Assembly (NCBI GenBank): GCA_963813335.1
Contig: CAWEYL010000004.1
Span: 32,001 to 96,000, forward strand
Direction of reading: 5' to 3'
Origin: an uncultured Chloroflexia bacterium
Lineage (GTDB): Bacteria > Chloroflexota > Limnocylindria > Limnocylindrales > CSP1-4
Length of the DNA stretch: 64,000 nt
The notes under the pieces were generated by a model, which saw only the letters and a program-made list of their open reading frames with translations, searched no databases and was not told the origin of the DNA. Both the position numbers and the translations under genes were made by a program. Every line of letters starts with the position of its first letter. Positions within the stretch are counted from its first letter, which is position 1. Shown here in pieces: positions 10,905 to 19,528 of the stretch.

Positions 10905-12080
10905 GTGACGCCGACCGACCAGTCACCGCCGGACCTCGAGGTCTTCAGTGCCATCGATACCGCGACCCGGGCGATCGCCGGGCTGGGCTCGGTCGACGAG
11001 GTCCTGCAGGTGATCGTCGACCAGGTGCGTCCGCTCGTCGGGGCGCGCTACGCGGCGCTGGGCATCGTCGACGACCACGGCGTCATCGAGCGGTTCATCA
11101 CCTCGGGCATGAGCGCCGCCACGCGGGCGTCGATCGGTCCCCTGCCCCGCGGCCACGGCTTCCTCGGGCTGATCATCCGCGAGAACCGCTCGTTCCGGAT
11201 TTCCGACATCGCCGTGGATCCGCGGCGGCACGGCTTCCCGCTGCACCACCCGCCGATGCACAGCTTCCTCGGCGTGCCGGTCAGCGTGAAAGGCCGGTCG
11301 GTCGGCAACCTGTACTTGACCGACAAGGCGGGCGCGACCGAGTTCTCGGCAGACGACCAGGAGCTCGTGGAGACGTTCGCGCGCCATGCGGCGATCGCCA
11401 TCGAGAACGCCCGACTGCACGAGCAGGTCCGTCGGCTGGCCATCGTCGACGAGCGCGAGCGGATCAGCAACGACCTCCACGACGGGATCATCCAGAGCCT
11501 CTACGGCGTCGGCCTGTCGCTCGAGGACGTGCCGGACATGCTCGAGGACGACCCGGACGAGGTGGTCCGCCGGGTGGAGCGGGCGATCGACAACATCCAC
11601 TTCGCGATCCGCGACATCCGAAACTTCATCTTCGGCCTGCGTCCGGAGCTCCTCAGCGGCACGACCCTGATGGTCGGCATCGCCGCGATCCTCGAGGAGT
11701 TCCGCCACAACTCGATCATCGACGTCGAGCTGCGCGCCGGCGAGGGCGACCGCGAGCCGTCGCCGGACGACACCGCCCACCTGCTCGGCATCGTCAACGA
11801 GGCGCTCAGCAACATCGCCCGCCATTCCGGCGCGTCGCGGGCGCTCGTCGACGTCGAGATCGAGAAGGACGGTCGCGTCCGCATCGCGGTGACCGATAAT
11901 GGCCATGGCTTCGACGCGTCGTCGGCGGTGAGCCTGGGCCACCAGGGTCTCGCCAACATGCGCTCGCGGGCCGCCGGGATCGGCGCCACGATCACGTTCG
12001 AGAGCGGTCGGAACGGCACGACCGTGCAGATCACCCTGCCGGGGCCGGACTCGGCCGACGCTGGAGCTGCCAAGGCATGA
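10905..12080 (+). CDS. GAF-domain sensor histidine kinase (DevS/DosS-like, HisKA_3)
   Basis: GAF with GFPLHHPPMHSFLGVP; ERERISNDLHD H-box; EALSNIARHS, DNGHG; leaderless TACGCT-6nt-GTG. Confidence 0.92.
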   Translation: MTPTDQSPPDLEVFSAIDTATRAIAGLGSVDEVLQVIVDQVRPLVGARYAALGIVDDHGVIERFITSGMSAATRASIGPLPRGHGFLGLIIRENRSFRISDIAVDPRRHGFPLHHPPMHSFLGVPVSVKGRSVGNLYLTDKAGATEFSADDQELVETFARHAAIAIENARLHEQVRRLAIVDERERISNDLHDGIIQSLYGVGLSLEDVPDMLEDDPDEVVRRVERAIDNIHFAIRDIRNFIFGLRPELLSGTTLMVGIAAILEEFRHNSIIDVELRAGEGDREPSPDDTAHLLGIVNEALSNIARHSGASRALVDVEIEKDGRVRIAVTDNGHGFDASSAVSLGHQGLANMRSRAAGIGATITFESGRNGTTVQITLPGPDSADAGAAKA

Positions 12081-12754
12081 CTGAGACATCGACCAGCCCC
12101 GGGCGACCGCTGACCATCCTGGTGGTCGACGACCACGAGGTCGTCCGCCAGGGTCTCTCGGCGATGCTCGACCGCCGACCAGGGTTCCAGGTGGTCGCGG
12201 AGGCCGGCACCGTCGCCGAGGCGATCGAGGCCGCCAAGCGCTTCCAGCCCGACGTGGTCGTGATGGATGTCCGGCTGCCGGACGGCTCCGGCGTGGAGGC
12301 CTGCCGGGAGATCCGCGCCGAGCTGCCGGACACCCGGGTCGTGATGCTGACGAGCTACCCGGACGAGGAGGCCGTCATCGCCGCGATCATCGCCGGGGCC
12401 AGCGGCTACCTGCTCAAGCAGGTCCGGGCCCGCGACCTCGTCGCGGCCCTCGAGGCCGTCGGTCGGGGCGAATCCCTGCTCGACCCGGCGGTGACCGGCA
12501 AGGTCCTCGAGCGGATGCGCCGGATCGCCTCCTCCGACCAGCCCGACGAGCTCGCCGCCCTGACCCAGCAGGAGCGCAAGATCCTGGCGCTCGTCGCCGA
12601 GGGCAAGACCAACAAGGAGATCGCGGCCGACGTCTTCCTGTCCGACAAGACGGTCAAGAACTACGTGAGCTCGATCCTCGCCAAGCTCAACCTCGAGCGG
12701 CGGGCGCAGGCGGCGGCATACGTCGCCAAGCTCAAGACGCACGGCAGCGACTGA
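12077..12754 (+). CDS. NarL/LuxR response regulator (DevR/DosR-like)
   Basis: VVDDHEVVRQG, DVRLPDGSG, LSDKTVKNYVSSILAKL, closely DevR-like; overlaps kinase stop. Confidence 0.93.
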   Translation: MTETSTSPGRPLTILVVDDHEVVRQGLSAMLDRRPGFQVVAEAGTVAEAIEAAKRFQPDVVVMDVRLPDGSGVEACREIRAELPDTRVVMLTSYPDEEAVIAAIIAGASGYLLKQVRARDLVAALEAVGRGESLLDPAVTGKVLERMRRIASSDQPDELAALTQQERKILALVAEGKTNKEIAADVFLSDKTVKNYVSSILAKLNLERRAQAAAYVAKLKTHGSD

Positions 12755-12795
12755 GTCCGGCCCGTCGATCCGGCCGGCCCAGTGCGCTCAGGGTG

Positions 12796-12823
12796 GTGAG
12801 GGGCGCCGGGGGGCGCCCCTCAC
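12796..12823. terminator. bidirectional hairpin
   Basis: GTGAGGGGCGCC-GGGG-GGCGCCCCTCAC between convergent genes. Confidence 0.6.
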
Positions 12824-12828
12824 GAGGG

Positions 12829-13767
12829 TCACGAGGCGAGCGGTGCCGCCGTCGGCGTGACGACGTGCGTCGTCGAGACCGGTCGGTCGCCACGCAGCAC
12901 CCGCCATGCGAGGAGCAGGACGGCTCCGAACCCGAACAGCGAGGCGATGGCCCCGACGAACGGGATGATCGTCATGACCTCGAGCAGCAGGATGCCGATG
13001 ACCGCGGCGAGGTACGGGCGGTCGCGCTCGACCGTCGGGCTCGTCCGACGCAGGACCCACTCGCCGATCGCGATGCCGGCCACGAGGTAGCCGGCGAAGG
13101 CCGCCAGCGGCCAGAGGCCGAAGAGCAGGCCGAAGGCGAGGGGCATGCCGATGATGGTGATGCTCAGTAGCACGGCCAGCAGGATCGGGGCGACGACCCC
13201 GACGATGCCCACCCCGAGGGTGAGGAACGGCTCCTGGGCCATCAGGCGCTCCGCGGAGCGGACCTGGCGCGACGCCAGGCCGGCCATCAGCAGCCCGGCC
13301 GCGATCCCCGCGACCGAGAGGCCGAGGAAGAACAGGAAGGCCATCGGGGCGAGGATGTACCAGATGCCCGCGAGGTCCTTCGCAAGGTCGCGCACGCTGC
13401 CGCCCACGACCACCGACGCGTCGCTCGTCACCGTCGAATTGACGGTCACGACGTCGCCCGCGACGCGGGTCCCGCCACTCAGCTCGACCGGGCTGCGGAC
13501 GGCGAAGATCGTCTGCACGGTCGCGCCCGTGAGGTGGGCCGCGCCATCGATGACGACGACGGTGTCGACGTCGCCGGCGACCGTCGCCACGCCCCCGGTC
13601 ACGAACAGGAGGTCGGCCTGGTCCCCGGCCGGGATGGTCGCGTCACCCTGGGTCGACACGACGATCCGACCGGTGTGCGTCGTCGACGGGTCGGCGGCGA
13701 GCGCGACGGGGACCGCGATCAGGAAGGCACCGAGCACCAGCCCGAGCAGGATCGACAGCCGTCTCAT
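12829..13767 (-). CDS. signal peptide + beta-helix-like repeat + multi-TM membrane protein
   Basis: Signal peptide (VALA-A), V/G-rich short repeats, about five TM helices at the C-terminus. Confidence 0.75.
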   Translation of the reverse strand: MRRLSILLGLVLGAFLIAVPVALAADPSTTHTGRIVVSTQGDATIPAGDQADLLFVTGGVATVAGDVDTVVVIDGAAHLTGATVQTIFAVRSPVELSGGTRVAGDVVTVNSTVTSDASVVVGGSVRDLAKDLAGIWYILAPMAFLFFLGLSVAGIAAGLLMAGLASRQVRSAERLMAQEPFLTLGVGIVGVVAPILLAVLLSITIIGMPLAFGLLFGLWPLAAFAGYLVAGIAIGEWVLRRTSPTVERDRPYLAAVIGILLLEVMTIIPFVGAIASLFGFGAVLLLAWRVLRGDRPVSTTHVVTPTAAPLAS

Positions 13768-13889
13768 GATGGTTCCTCCACGGGCATCTCGGGTGCGTGC
13801 ATGGCCACGGACCGAGCGATCAGCGAGGTCACGACCACGACGATGATGGTGGCCACGACGGATAGGGCGATCGGGACGACGAGGCGCAT
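13764..13889 (-). CDS. small single-TM protein (41 aa), not in ORF track
   Basis: MRLVVPIALSVVATIIVVVTSLIARSVAMHAPEMPVEEPS; GGAGGG RBS; TGA overlaps next ATG. Confidence 0.6.
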   Translation of the reverse strand: MRLVVPIALSVVATIIVVVVTSLIARSVAMHAPEMPVEEPS

Positions 13890-13963
13890 GGCGGACCCTC
13901 CATAGGCGACACCGGATCAGACGATGTCATGGTCACGGTCCTCCGTCGGGCGCGAGGATCCCA

Positions 13964-14000
13964 GCGCCGTTCGTCGCGAACGCCGGAGTCCGTTCGGCCC
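13964..14000. promoter_or_regulatory. tandem DosR/DevR-like boxes
   Basis: GCGCCGTTCGTCGC (13964) and AGTCCGTTCGGCCC (13987). Confidence 0.45.
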
Positions 14001-14021
14001 GAAGCGCGCGCGTGGCGCGGG

Positions 14022-15293
14022 TCAGATCAGGTGGTACCGCCGGGCGGCGGCAACGAGCTCGTCGCGAAGGTCGGGATGGGCGATCGCGATGAGGGCGATG
14101 GCCCGCTCGCGCAGGCTCTTGCCGAAGAGCTCCGCGACGCCCCACTCGGTGACGATCGTCCTGACATGGGCGCGTGTCGTCACGACCCCGGCGCCCTCCT
14201 TGAGCGTGGTGGCGATCCGCGAGACGGTGCCGCCGGCGGCGGTCGAGGGAAGCGCGATGATGGCCCGGCCCTCCGGCGCGAGGGCCGCGCCGCGGATGAA
14301 GTCCATCTGCCCGCCGACGCCTGAATACAGGTGGTGCCCGATCGAATCGGCCACGACCTGGCCGGTCAGGTCCACCTCGATCGCCGAGTTGATCGCCACC
14401 ATCCGCCGGAAGGAGCGGATGACGTGCGTGTCGTTCGTGAAGTCGACCGAGCGCATCTCGACCATCGGGTTGTCGTCCACGAAGTCGTACAGCCGCCGCG
14501 AGCCCATCATGAACGCGGTCACGATCTTGCCGCGGTTGCGATCCTTGCGGGCCCCGGTGACCACCCCGGCCTCGACCAGGTCGACGACCGCGTCGGTGAA
14601 CATCTCGGTGTGGATCCCGAGGTCGCGCTTGCCGTGCAGCGCCATCGCCGTCGCGGCCGGGATCGCGCCGATCCCGAGTTGCAGCGTCGCGCCATCGGGG
14701 ACCAGTTCGGCGACATGCTCGCCGATCAGGCGCTCCACCTCCCCGATCGTGCCCGTGCCGTGCTCGTAGGGCGGCTGGTCGACCTCCACGGCGAGGTCGA
14801 TGTCGCTCACGTGGACGAAGCTCTCGCCCAGGGTCCGCGGCATCGAGCGGTTGAACTGCACGATGACCGTCGTCGCAGCGCGGATCGCGGCGTGCATCGC
14901 CTCCACACTGGTGCCCAGCGAGCAGAAGCCATGGGCGTCGGGTGGGGTGGCGTTGACGAGGACGACGTCAAGGGGGATCGAGCCCGAATCGAACAGGTGC
15001 GGCACGTCGGACAGGAAGACCGGCACGTAGTCCGCCCGCCCCTCGTTCACGGCCGCACGGGCGTTCGGCCCGATGAACAGCGCGCGGTGGCGGAAATGGC
15101 CGGCCATCTCGGGCGCGAGATGCGGCCCGGGGCCTTCGACATGGAGGTGGACCATCCCGACGTCGTGCAGCTCGGGTGCACGCGCCACGAGGGCGTCGAG
15201 CAGCACGGACGGGGTCGCCGCCGCGCAATGCACGTAGACCTGGTCGCCGGAACGGACCGAGGCGACCGCCTCCGCCGCCGATACGATGCGCAT
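14022..15293 (-). CDS. acetyl-CoA hydrolase/transferase (4-hydroxybutyrate CoA-transferase-like)
   Basis: LQLGIGAIP, IHTEMFTD, SGVGGQMDFIRGA, IAIAHPD. Confidence 0.93.
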   Translation of the reverse strand: MRIVSAAEAVASVRSGDQVYVHCAAATPSVLLDALVARAPELHDVGMVHLHVEGPGPHLAPEMAGHFRHRALFIGPNARAAVNEGRADYVPVFLSDVPHLFDSGSIPLDVVLVNATPPDAHGFCSLGTSVEAMHAAIRAATTVIVQFNRSMPRTLGESFVHVSDIDLAVEVDQPPYEHGTGTIGEVERLIGEHVAELVPDGATLQLGIGAIPAATAMALHGKRDLGIHTEMFTDAVVDLVEAGVVTGARKDRNRGKIVTAFMMGSRRLYDFVDDNPMVEMRSVDFTNDTHVIRSFRRMVAINSAIEVDLTGQVVADSIGHHLYSGVGGQMDFIRGAALAPEGRAIIALPSTAAGGTVSRIATTLKEGAGVVTTRAHVRTIVTEWGVAELFGKSLRERAIALIAIAHPDLRDELVAAARRYHLI

Positions 15294-15302
15294 CCGGGAA
15301 GC

Positions 15303-16257
15303 CTACGCGGGCGTGACCGCCTCCATCGGCTCGTTGGACATGCGCTCACCTCCCGGGAATGTCGGGGTCGGTCGGACGATCAGCACGGACATCGGCGCGT
15401 GGTGCAGCACGGTCCGGGCCGTGCTGCCGAGCAGCAGGCGCCGGAGCAGGCCGTGGCCGCGCGTCCCGACCACGATGAGGTCGGCGGCCCACGATTTCGG
15501 CCTCGGCGATGATCTCGACCGCGGCCGGGCCTTCGCGGACCACCGACCGAGCCTCCATCCCCTCGGCCCGCAGGCGGCGGACCGCCTCGGCGGCGACGGC
15601 CTGGCCGTGCGCGCCGGCCTCGCCCACGACCGACGTATAGACGTCGCTCGCCATCATGCCTTCGCCCGGCGACATCCCGAGCCACCACGCCGCGGGGACG
15701 TCGGTCACGCTCAGGACCCGCGCTCCGGCGGCATCGAAGAGACCCGAGGCGGCGACGAAGGACGCCCCGAGAGCGGCGTCGGGCGAGCCGTCGGTGGCGA
15801 TGAGGACGCGCCATGCCGTCGGCCGGCGGGCGACGAGGACCGGGCAGTGCGCGTGGTCCACGACCTCGGCCGAGACGGACCCGAGGAAGACCCGCTCGAA
15901 GGTCCCGTGCCCGCGGGCGCCCACGATGACCAGCTCGGAAGCGACGCGCTCGGCCTCCTCGACGATCACCGAGGCCGCGCGGCCGTCGAGCACGCGCCCG
16001 ACGACGCCCAGGCCCGGCCGTCGCATCCGCTCGACGGCGGCGTCGACCAGCTGCCGGTACTCGTCGAGCAGGCGCTCGCGGACGTTCGGATCCTGCGTGT
16101 AGACGCCCGCTGCGAACGGGCCGCCGAACACCTCGACGTCGGTCGGGACGACACTGATGATCTCGAGGCGGGAATCGGGCGGCCACGTCAGGCTGGCCGC
16201 GGTCTCGAGCGCCACCGCGGATTCGTGGGAGCCATCGATCGCGAGCAGGGCCTTCAT
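15303..16257 (-). pseudogene. tandem-domain universal stress protein with a 1-nt frameshift
   Basis: Two Usp domains; removing one base of TTT at 15495-15497 restores [36 protein letters not shown] to TAG at 15303. Confidence 0.8.
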
Positions 16258-16308
16258 GGTCGGGCCTCCTTCTGCGTCGATGCTGGGCCGCTGCCGAGGG
16301 ATCCGCAC

Positions 16309-16345
16309 GTGCCAGCGGACCCGATCCGTCGGTGACCGACGGCCC
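16309..16345. promoter_or_regulatory. tandem DosR/DevR-like boxes
   Basis: GTGCCAGCGGACCC (16309) and GTGACCGACGGCCC (16332). Confidence 0.5.
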
Positions 16346-16372
16346 GTCCGGGCGCGCGATCGGCGGTCCCGG

Positions 16373-17059
16373 TCAGGCCTGGGCGCTGAGGGCCAGCAGC
16401 CGCGCCCCGGCAGCCCAGTCATCGGGCGCGTCGACGCGGAGCCGGCCCGCCTCGTGGCGGATCAGCCGTCCGAGCTCGGTGTCGGTGCTCGACGCGCGGC
16501 CCGCCCGACGGCGGTGCTCCGCGTCGCGGATGAACGCGGCGTAGCGGGTGGTCGGGGTCGCGTCGGCGACGGCCGCCTCGAACCCGGGCCGGTAGTCGAC
16601 GGCGACCATCAGCCGCCCGAAGAACGCGCCGACCAGGTCGGCGCCGGCATCCCAGCCCTGCGAATGGCCGCCGCGCCGCAGCAGCGGCGCCGGTGAGGTG
16701 AAGGCCACGACGATGGCATCGTCCACCATGGCGGCGTCGAGCCGCCCGCCGAAGGTCAGGTACTCGTTGGTGACCCGGAGCCGGTCGACCAGCCGGATCA
16801 TCCCCCAGGAGAACTCCTCGGAGAGGGGCATCGACGTCGCCCGCGACAGTTCGCGCCGCTCGCCGCGGCCGTCGCGCGACACCCAGTACTCGATGCTCTC
16901 GGGGTCGTAGTGCCGGAGCGTCGGCGCCGCGCGCAACGCCACCAGCAGGTATGCCGGCCCGGGCCGGTCCGGGAGGTCCGGGTTCGCGAGGAACCCCCAT
17001 TCGGCGATCCGCGTCGCCGGATCCAGGGGATCGCGGGTGATCGTGCCGTCGGACTGCAT
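16373..17059 (-). CDS. hypothetical protein
   Basis: Host-like codon usage, globular sequence (WGFLANPDLP, LRHYDPE, RRGGHSQGWD), GAGGCGG RBS. Confidence 0.7.
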   Translation of the reverse strand: MQSDGTITRDPLDPATRIAEWGFLANPDLPDRPGPAYLLVALRAAPTLRHYDPESIEYWVSRDGRGERRELSRATSMPLSEEFSWGMIRLVDRLRVTNEYLTFGGRLDAAMVDDAIVVAFTSPAPLLRRGGHSQGWDAGADLVGAFFGRLMVAVDYRPGFEAAVADATPTTRYAAFIRDAEHRRRAGRASSTDTELGRLIRHEAGRLRVDAPDDWAAGARLLALSAQA

Positions 17060-17108
17060 CTGGTGGCCGCCTCTCTCGCCCATGCCGGGGTCGTCGGTCC
17101 GTTCCGCC

Positions 17109-17561
17109 TCAGTCCGGTCCGAGGAGCGGCAGCAGGAACTGCTCCTCGCGCTCGAGGTGGGCGCGCAGCAGCGCCTCGATCGCGAACAGGTCGCAGCGGG
17201 TATCGGCGGTGGCATCGCGCTCGGGACCGTGCGTCAGGCGGATGCGGTCGGACGCCAGGGCCTCGGCCCGGTGCGCGATCTGGCGGTGGTCGAACCGGAC
17301 GAGCCGGGCCAGCCACGGCGTGTGGGCGCGGTGGTCGACCTGCGGCAGGAGCCAGGTCTCCTCCCAGAGCATGTGGGGCTTCAGGACGTGCTCGATCCAG
17401 TGGCTGATCTCCAGGACCCGGCTCGACATCCGGTCGGCGGGCAGGGAGGCCAGCTCGCAGGCGGTCGTATGGATGTGCTCGATCCCGGCGGCGAGGTCGT
17501 GGTGCTCATGCTGGACGAAGGAGCGCATGACCTCCTCACCGGTCGTGCTCGTGCGCGTCAT
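17109..17561 (-). CDS. hemerythrin/HHE domain protein
   Basis: HEH...HMLWEE...DHRQI...HLEREE motif set; AGGAGG RBS. Confidence 0.82.
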   Translation of the reverse strand: MTRTSTTGEEVMRSFVQHEHHDLAAGIEHIHTTACELASLPADRMSSRVLEISHWIEHVLKPHMLWEETWLLPQVDHRAHTPWLARLVRFDHRQIAHRAEALASDRIRLTHGPERDATADTRCDLFAIEALLRAHLEREEQFLLPLLGPD

Positions 17562-17623
17562 GTCTCCGACCTCCTGCGAGTGGTGTCGCCCGTACCGTCG
17601 ACCCGAGTGGGCGGCCCGCGCCA

Positions 17624-17709
17624 GTGCCGCCCGGCACGTCCTCCGAGGTCTTGCCGGCCCCTCCTCCAATACGGGCCGGGCGGCGTGGCTGGATCGTGAC
17701 TTCCGGCCC
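17624..17709. promoter_or_regulatory. DosR/DevR-like boxes in hemerythrin / sulfur-operon divergent promoter
   Basis: GTGCCGCCCGGCAC (17624), GGTCTTGCCGGCCC (17647), GTGACTTCCGGCCC (17696). Confidence 0.5.
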
Positions 17710-17759
17710 GGGTCCGTGGCCGCCGGCGCGTCCAGGATCAGGTCAAGGAGGTCGATGAC

Positions 17760-17999
17760 ATGCAGTCCGACCGCGCCGGCACGGCGCGACGGCCACGGAA
17801 CGAACGGGTGCTCGCGGTGGAGGCCGGCCAGGTCATCTGCCCACGCCAAGGCTTCGTCGATATCGAGACGTGCTGGCGCTGCCCGTCCTACAAGGGCCTG
17901 AGCACGGAACAGTTCGAAGGCGTGGTCTGCGCGACGATCTCCGGCCTCCGACTTGACGACTTCCCCCTGCTAGGTGACGAGCCATGGACGAACCGCTGA
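17760..17999 (+). CDS. small four-Cys protein
   Basis: C-x10-CxxC-x15-C; AGGAGG 8 nt upstream; overlaps next gene. Confidence 0.65.
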   Translation: MQSDRAGTARRPRNERVLAVEAGQVICPRQGFVDIETCWRCPSYKGLSTEQFEGVVCATISGLRLDDFPLLGDEPWTNR

Positions 18000-18397
18000 A
18001 CCTGGTCCTCTTCTCGGGGACCGACGACAAGCTGCAGGCCGCGGCCGTCCTGACGGCCGGTGCCGCGGCGCTCGGCAAGCCCGTCAACATCTTCCTGCAG
18101 TACTGGGCGCTCGACGCCTTCCGGGCCGACCGGATCGCCCGCGACCACGGCCTGGCCCCCGAGGCGGGCGACGCGGGTCGCGCCGCCGTCGACGCCCTGG
18201 CGCGGGCGGGGCAGGCGCCGTGGGCGGACACGCTGCGCCAGGCCAAGGAACTCGGCGAAGTCGACATCCAGGCCTGCTCGCTGTCCATGGACCTGCTGAC
18301 CCTCCGACAGGCCGACCTCGACCCGCTCGTCGACGGGGTGGAGGGCGTGACGTCCTTCTACCTCAACGCCGGCGACGGCCAGGTCGTCTTCATCTGA
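17984..18397 (+). CDS. DsrE/DsrF-like peroxiredoxin-family sulfur carrier
   Basis: LVLFSGTDDKL...IFLQYWAL...IQACSLSMDL. Confidence 0.85.
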   Translation: MDEPLNLVLFSGTDDKLQAAAVLTAGAAALGKPVNIFLQYWALDAFRADRIARDHGLAPEAGDAGRAAVDALARAGQAPWADTLRQAKELGEVDIQACSLSMDLLTLRQADLDPLVDGVEGVTSFYLNAGDGQVVFI

Positions 18398-18422
18398 TCG
18401 CGCCCGAACGAAGGAGCCGGAC

Positions 18423-18659
18423 ATGCCAGTCATCGAGATCAGCCAGACCATCGACGCTCGGGGCCTGTCGTGCCCGCTGCCGATCGTACGGACCGCCCAG
18501 GCCATGAAGGCGCTGGCTTCCGGAACGACCGTGGAGCTGCTCGCGACCGACCACGGGTCGATCAAGGACGTCGCCGCCTGGTGCCAGGCGACCGGCAACG
18601 CCCTCCTCGAACAGACATCGGATGGAGCGGTCTACCGCTTCGTCATCCGCAGGAAGTGA
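18423..18659 (+). CDS. tusA: TusA-family sulfurtransferase
   Basis: IDARGLSCPLP...LATDHGSIKDVAAWC. Confidence 0.92.
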   Translation: MPVIEISQTIDARGLSCPLPIVRTAQAMKALASGTTVELLATDHGSIKDVAAWCQATGNALLEQTSDGAVYRFVIRRK

Positions 18660-18666
18660 GGATCCC

Positions 18667-19260
18667 ATGACCACCGAGACCCCGACCCGCCTCGACCCGC
18701 TCGCCGACGCGATCGCGGCCGTCGAGGGCGTGGCGGAACTCGAGGACCTGCCCCTCCCGGCCATGGACGCCGAGGGCGAGGTCAGGCCCCGCGAGGTGCT
18801 CATCATCGACTACAGCGGCGACCTCGAGAAGGTCTGGGCCACCATGATCCTCGCCTCGACCAGCGCCGCCATGGGGGTCAAGACCCGCGTCTTCGTGACC
18901 TTCTGGGGCCTGCAGGTCTTCGTCAAGGATTCGAAGCGCATCACCGGCGAGAACTGGATGCAGCGGATGCTGTCCGCGATGCAGCGCCCCGGTATCAGCC
19001 ACCGCAAGCTCTCGAAGATGAACTTCTTCGGCATGGGCCCGTGGATGATGGGCCGCCTGGCCCGCCAGTACGGCGTCGCCAGCCCGAAGGAGCTCCTCGA
19101 GGCCGCCCAGGAGCTGGGCGTCGAGTTCATCCCGTGCCAGATGACCATGGACATGTTCGGGCTGAAGCCCGAGGACATGATCGACGGCATGGGCGAGCCG
19201 GTCGGGGCGGCAACGGTCATCGGCATGATGACCGGCGACTCCGTCCCCCTGTTCATCTAG
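18667..19260 (+). CDS. DsrE/DsrF/DrsH-like family protein (YrkE-like)
   Basis: FVTFWGL, KLSKMNFFGMG, IPCQMTMDMFG. Confidence 0.9.
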   Translation: MTTETPTRLDPLADAIAAVEGVAELEDLPLPAMDAEGEVRPREVLIIDYSGDLEKVWATMILASTSAAMGVKTRVFVTFWGLQVFVKDSKRITGENWMQRMLSAMQRPGISHRKLSKMNFFGMGPWMMGRLARQYGVASPKELLEAAQELGVEFIPCQMTMDMFGLKPEDMIDGMGEPVGAATVIGMMTGDSVPLFI

Positions 19261-19274
19261 GAAGCGTGACCGCC

Positions 19275-19520
19275 ATGACCGAGACCGCCGTCACCATCAC
19301 CCGCACCATCGACGCTCGCGGCAGCTTCTGCCCCGGGCCGTTGATGGAGCTCATCCGGGCCATCCGCGAGGGAGCCGTCGGCGACGTCATCGCCGTCTAC
19401 TCCTCCGACCAGGGCTCGAAGACCGACATCCCCAAGTGGATCGAGAAGGCCGGGCACCGCCTGGTCGCGCTGGAGGCCCGCCAGGGCTACGACGAGATCG
19501 TCGTCGAGAAGCTGCGGTAG
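19275..19520 (+). CDS. tusA: TusA-family sulfurtransferase
   Basis: IDARGSFCPGPLMEL...SSDQGSKTDIPKW. Confidence 0.9.
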   Translation: MTETAVTITRTIDARGSFCPGPLMELIRAIREGAVGDVIAVYSSDQGSKTDIPKWIEKAGHRLVALEARQGYDEIVVEKLR

Positions 19521-19528
19521 GGCCCGAG

